A DNA stretch of 64,000 nucleotides, taken from Candidatus Omnitrophota bacterium (GTDB lineage Bacteria > Omnitrophota > Gorgyraeia > Zapsychrales > Zapsychraceae). A program made the position numbers and the translations under genes. The DNA lies in the NCBI GenBank assembly GCA_021108075.1, contig JAIORP010000171.1:4041-68040 (forward strand), in the 5' to 3' direction. Below, piece after piece: positions 61,891 to 64,000 of the stretch (within the stretch, counting starts at the first letter, position 1; the number at the start of each line of letters is the position of its first letter). Below the pieces are notes generated by a model, which made no database searches, was not told where the DNA came from, and was given only the letters and a program-made list of their open reading frames with translations.

Positions 61891-62025
61891 GGTTCATTCC
61901 TGGGGCGGCGTCCTCGCTGAAACAGCAAGATTTTACAAATGATTACCCCTCGTCAGGATCCTGCAACGACTCTTTGAATACGTACTACGAACCCCTACCT
62001 GCCGGCAGGGTATCTCCGGTTTGAT
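61891..62025. other. GC-rich, palindrome-rich intergenic element (unclassified structured RNA or repeat)
   Basis: Perfect palindromes CAGGATCCTG (61954-61963) and CCTGCCGGCAGG (61998-62009), and a GCTG-AAA-CAGC hairpin, within AT-rich flanks. Confidence 0.4.
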
Positions 62026-62096
62026 CTCACTTAAATCGCAAAGAATATCACCGAAGAAATAAAAAAATATGATTGAACTCGCGCCAGACACAAAAT

Positions 62097-63644
62097 TTAT
62101 GTCTTGGCGCTCACCCCAATTTTCATTTGTTCGATATCGATCTTGATAACTTTCACCTTCATTTTATCGCCGGGCTTTAAAGCAGCTGCCTTTTCTTTCT
62201 CAATCTCAGAAGAATAAACCAAAGCCTCAACATCCTCCTCTAATTTAACAAAGACACCAAAATTAGAATTCAAGACAACTTCAGCCTCAACTTCTGTTCC
62301 GACAGGATACTTTTTAGCGATTTCTGGCCAGGGATTCTCGATCAATTGCTTCAAACCCAAATTTATTTTTCGGTTCTCGGGATCTAAAGCCAAAACAACA
62401 ACCTTGACTTCTTGCCCTTTTTCCAGGACATCTTGCGGATGATTAATCTTTTTGGTCCATGACATGTCTGAAATATGAATCATCCCTTCCAACCCGGAGT
62501 CCAGTTCAACAAACGCGCCATAGTCGGTAAAACCACGGACTTTACCTGTAACTTGAATATTGACAGGATATTTTGCCTCAGCTTCAAGCCAGGGATTGCG
62601 TTCCAGTTGTTTCATGCTTAAAGAAATTCGCTTAGAATCTTTGTCGACATTAATAACTTGAACATGAACTTCGTCACCGACATTAAACATTTCCTGGGGA
62701 TTAACGAGTTTTTTCTGCCAGGTAATCTCTGAGGAGTGCAATAGCCCTTCAATCCCTTTTTCAATCTCAACGAAAACACCGTAAGGCATAACATTAACAA
62801 CGTTCCCTTTAATCTGAGCGCCTGTCGGGTATTTATCATAAATGTCGGCCCAGGGGTTATCGATAATTTGTTTTAAACCTAAAGAAACTTTTGAGTTCTC
62901 TTTGTCAAAATCTAAAATCAACACATCAATTTTGTCCCCAACGTTGACAATTTCTGAAGGGTGATTGATTCTGGTCCAGCTCATATCAGTAATGTGTAAC
63001 AGCCCGTCAACGCCGCCTAAATCAATAAACGCACCGAAATCCGTGATACCCTTCACAGCTCCTCGACGCTTTTGGCCCTTATCTAATTCAGCCCACAACT
63101 TATCACGCATTGTTTCCCGTTCTTTCTGGACAACTTCCCGTCGAGATAGGATCAAATTGCGGCGCAGCTTATTCATTTTAGCAATTTGGAAAGAAAATTT
63201 ATTAGCGATGATATCCTGCGGCGGAACGCCTTTGAACGCTGATAATGACATCGGTAAAAACGCCTCGATGCCTTCAACGTCAACGATAAAACCGCCTTTA
63301 ACTTGCTTAAGAACGGTTCCATCGACGATATCACCTTCATTAATCGAATCACCCAGTTTCATCCAGCCCTTTAATTTCTCAGCTTTAGCGTGTGATAAAA
63401 CTAAATGTCCGTCTTCATCTTCAACAGACTCGACTAGAACATCAATTTCTCGACCTAATTCGATCGTGTCTAAAGACCGAAACTCTTCAATCGAGATAAA
63501 ACCTTCGGATTTGAAACCAATGTCGACAACGACTTCTTTGTCGTTTGACGCGACGATTGTTCCTCGTACAATCTCTCCTTCCTTGATTTCACGGAAAGTA
63601 CTTCCGTAAAGTTCTTCCATCAATGCTTGATTGTCTTGATCCAT
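62097..63644 (-). CDS. rpsA: 30S ribosomal protein S1
   Basis: VDIGFKSEG, repeated S1 domains (FGAF.DLGG.DGLLH..DMSW). Confidence 0.97.
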   Translation of the reverse strand: MDQDNQALMEELYGSTFREIKEGEIVRGTIVASNDKEVVVDIGFKSEGFISIEEFRSLDTIELGREIDVLVESVEDEDGHLVLSHAKAEKLKGWMKLGDSINEGDIVDGTVLKQVKGGFIVDVEGIEAFLPMSLSAFKGVPPQDIIANKFSFQIAKMNKLRRNLILSRREVVQKERETMRDKLWAELDKGQKRRGAVKGITDFGAFIDLGGVDGLLHITDMSWTRINHPSEIVNVGDKIDVLILDFDKENSKVSLGLKQIIDNPWADIYDKYPTGAQIKGNVVNVMPYGVFVEIEKGIEGLLHSSEITWQKKLVNPQEMFNVGDEVHVQVINVDKDSKRISLSMKQLERNPWLEAEAKYPVNIQVTGKVRGFTDYGAFVELDSGLEGMIHISDMSWTKKINHPQDVLEKGQEVKVVVLALDPENRKINLGLKQLIENPWPEIAKKYPVGTEVEAEVVLNSNFGVFVKLEEDVEALVYSSEIEKEKAAALKPGDKMKVKVIKIDIEQMKIGVSAKT

Positions 63645-63720
63645 ATTGTTATTTACCTCATTCCTTTTATTTTTTTATATAATACAAAAGCATTATATAT
63701 TCTATTTTCTGAAGTACACA

Positions 63721-63748
63721 ATTATCGCAAAATTTATAAATTTGTCAA
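63721..63748 (-). promoter_or_regulatory. Putative rpsA promoter
   Basis: TTGACA-N16-GATAAT with an upstream TG (extended -10). Confidence 0.5.
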
Positions 63749-63805
63749 TTAAAATATATCTTGCCCTGAGAACTATTATAACCATGCCATTTCAGCTGTA
63801 AAAAC

Positions 63806-64000
63806 TTACAAATTTGCTTCCTTCAACGCATAAATATTTTGCATAATTCTTTCCGCTTTATGCTGGTAATCTTTTCCTTTAGCAAAAAATATCGGCTTCC
63901 CATAAGAAACTTTTATCAAATGCCGTCTCAAACTTTTTGAGCCCGGCGGCAACACCTTTTCCGATCCTGACACATACACAGGAATGACCGGCACCCCGCT
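63806..64000 (-). CDS. C-terminal part of a PlsC-family acyltransferase (runs off the window edge)
   Basis: VPVIPVYVSGSEKVLP.G.....I.VSYGKPI; the position upstream of rpsA fits the cmk-plsC-rpsA arrangement. Confidence 0.7.
   Translation of the reverse strand, partial: SGVPVIPVYVSGSEKVLPPGSKSLRRHLIKVSYGKPIFFAKGKDYQHKAERIMQNIYALKEANL

Noticed and set aside
61730-62096. T-box riboswitch or 6S RNA upstream of tyrS
   Set aside because: No T-box consensus or terminator/antiterminator pair, and no convincing long 6S-like rod by eye. Left unclassified.
62965-63609. 214-aa plus-strand ORF, and similar antisense ORFs in rpoBC, tuf and fusA
   Set aside because: In-register shadow ORFs of conserved genes.

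Overview
Mostly core genome of a low-GC bacterium. It is very likely a PVC-superphylum member, since it carries the PVC small basic signature protein and lacks uL30; Candidatus Omnitrophota is a plausible inference. The right half (about 26.3-60.3 kb, minus strand) is one nearly gap-free superoperon: tRNA-Thr, rpmG, tRNA-Trp, secE, nusG, rplKAJL, rpoBC, str, S10, spc and alpha, running on into aspC, pilT and an isocitrate/isopropylmalate-type dehydrogenase. Upstream of it are plsC-like (partial), rpsA and tyrS. The left half has envelope, lipid and metabolic operons: (1) lipB, a stand-alone lipoyl domain, a GT28 glycolipid synthase, an acyltransferase, a GT2 and TonB; (2) aroQ-pepP-efp-accBC-asp23-amaP-pfk-gmhA-rfaE2-thiE; (3) tRNA-Gly, LysM/M23, an archaeal-type ATPase, YfcE, HIT, dGTPase and a degenerate HD-GYP; (4) SPOR, the PVC signature protein and an SH3 protein; (5) M50 and aroB; (6) exeA/exeB-like on the plus strand. 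The far left looks like the edge of a defence island: radC, the 5' end of a type I R-M hsdM, a collapsed pseudogene and short repeats. No CRISPR, rRNA or intact transposase was seen. The best candidates for undescribed biology are gene-context hypotheses: a divergent PFK where the heptose kinase would be expected, a LipB plus lipoyl carrier coupled to glycolipid genes, and an ATPase-centred nucleotide-hydrolase operon.
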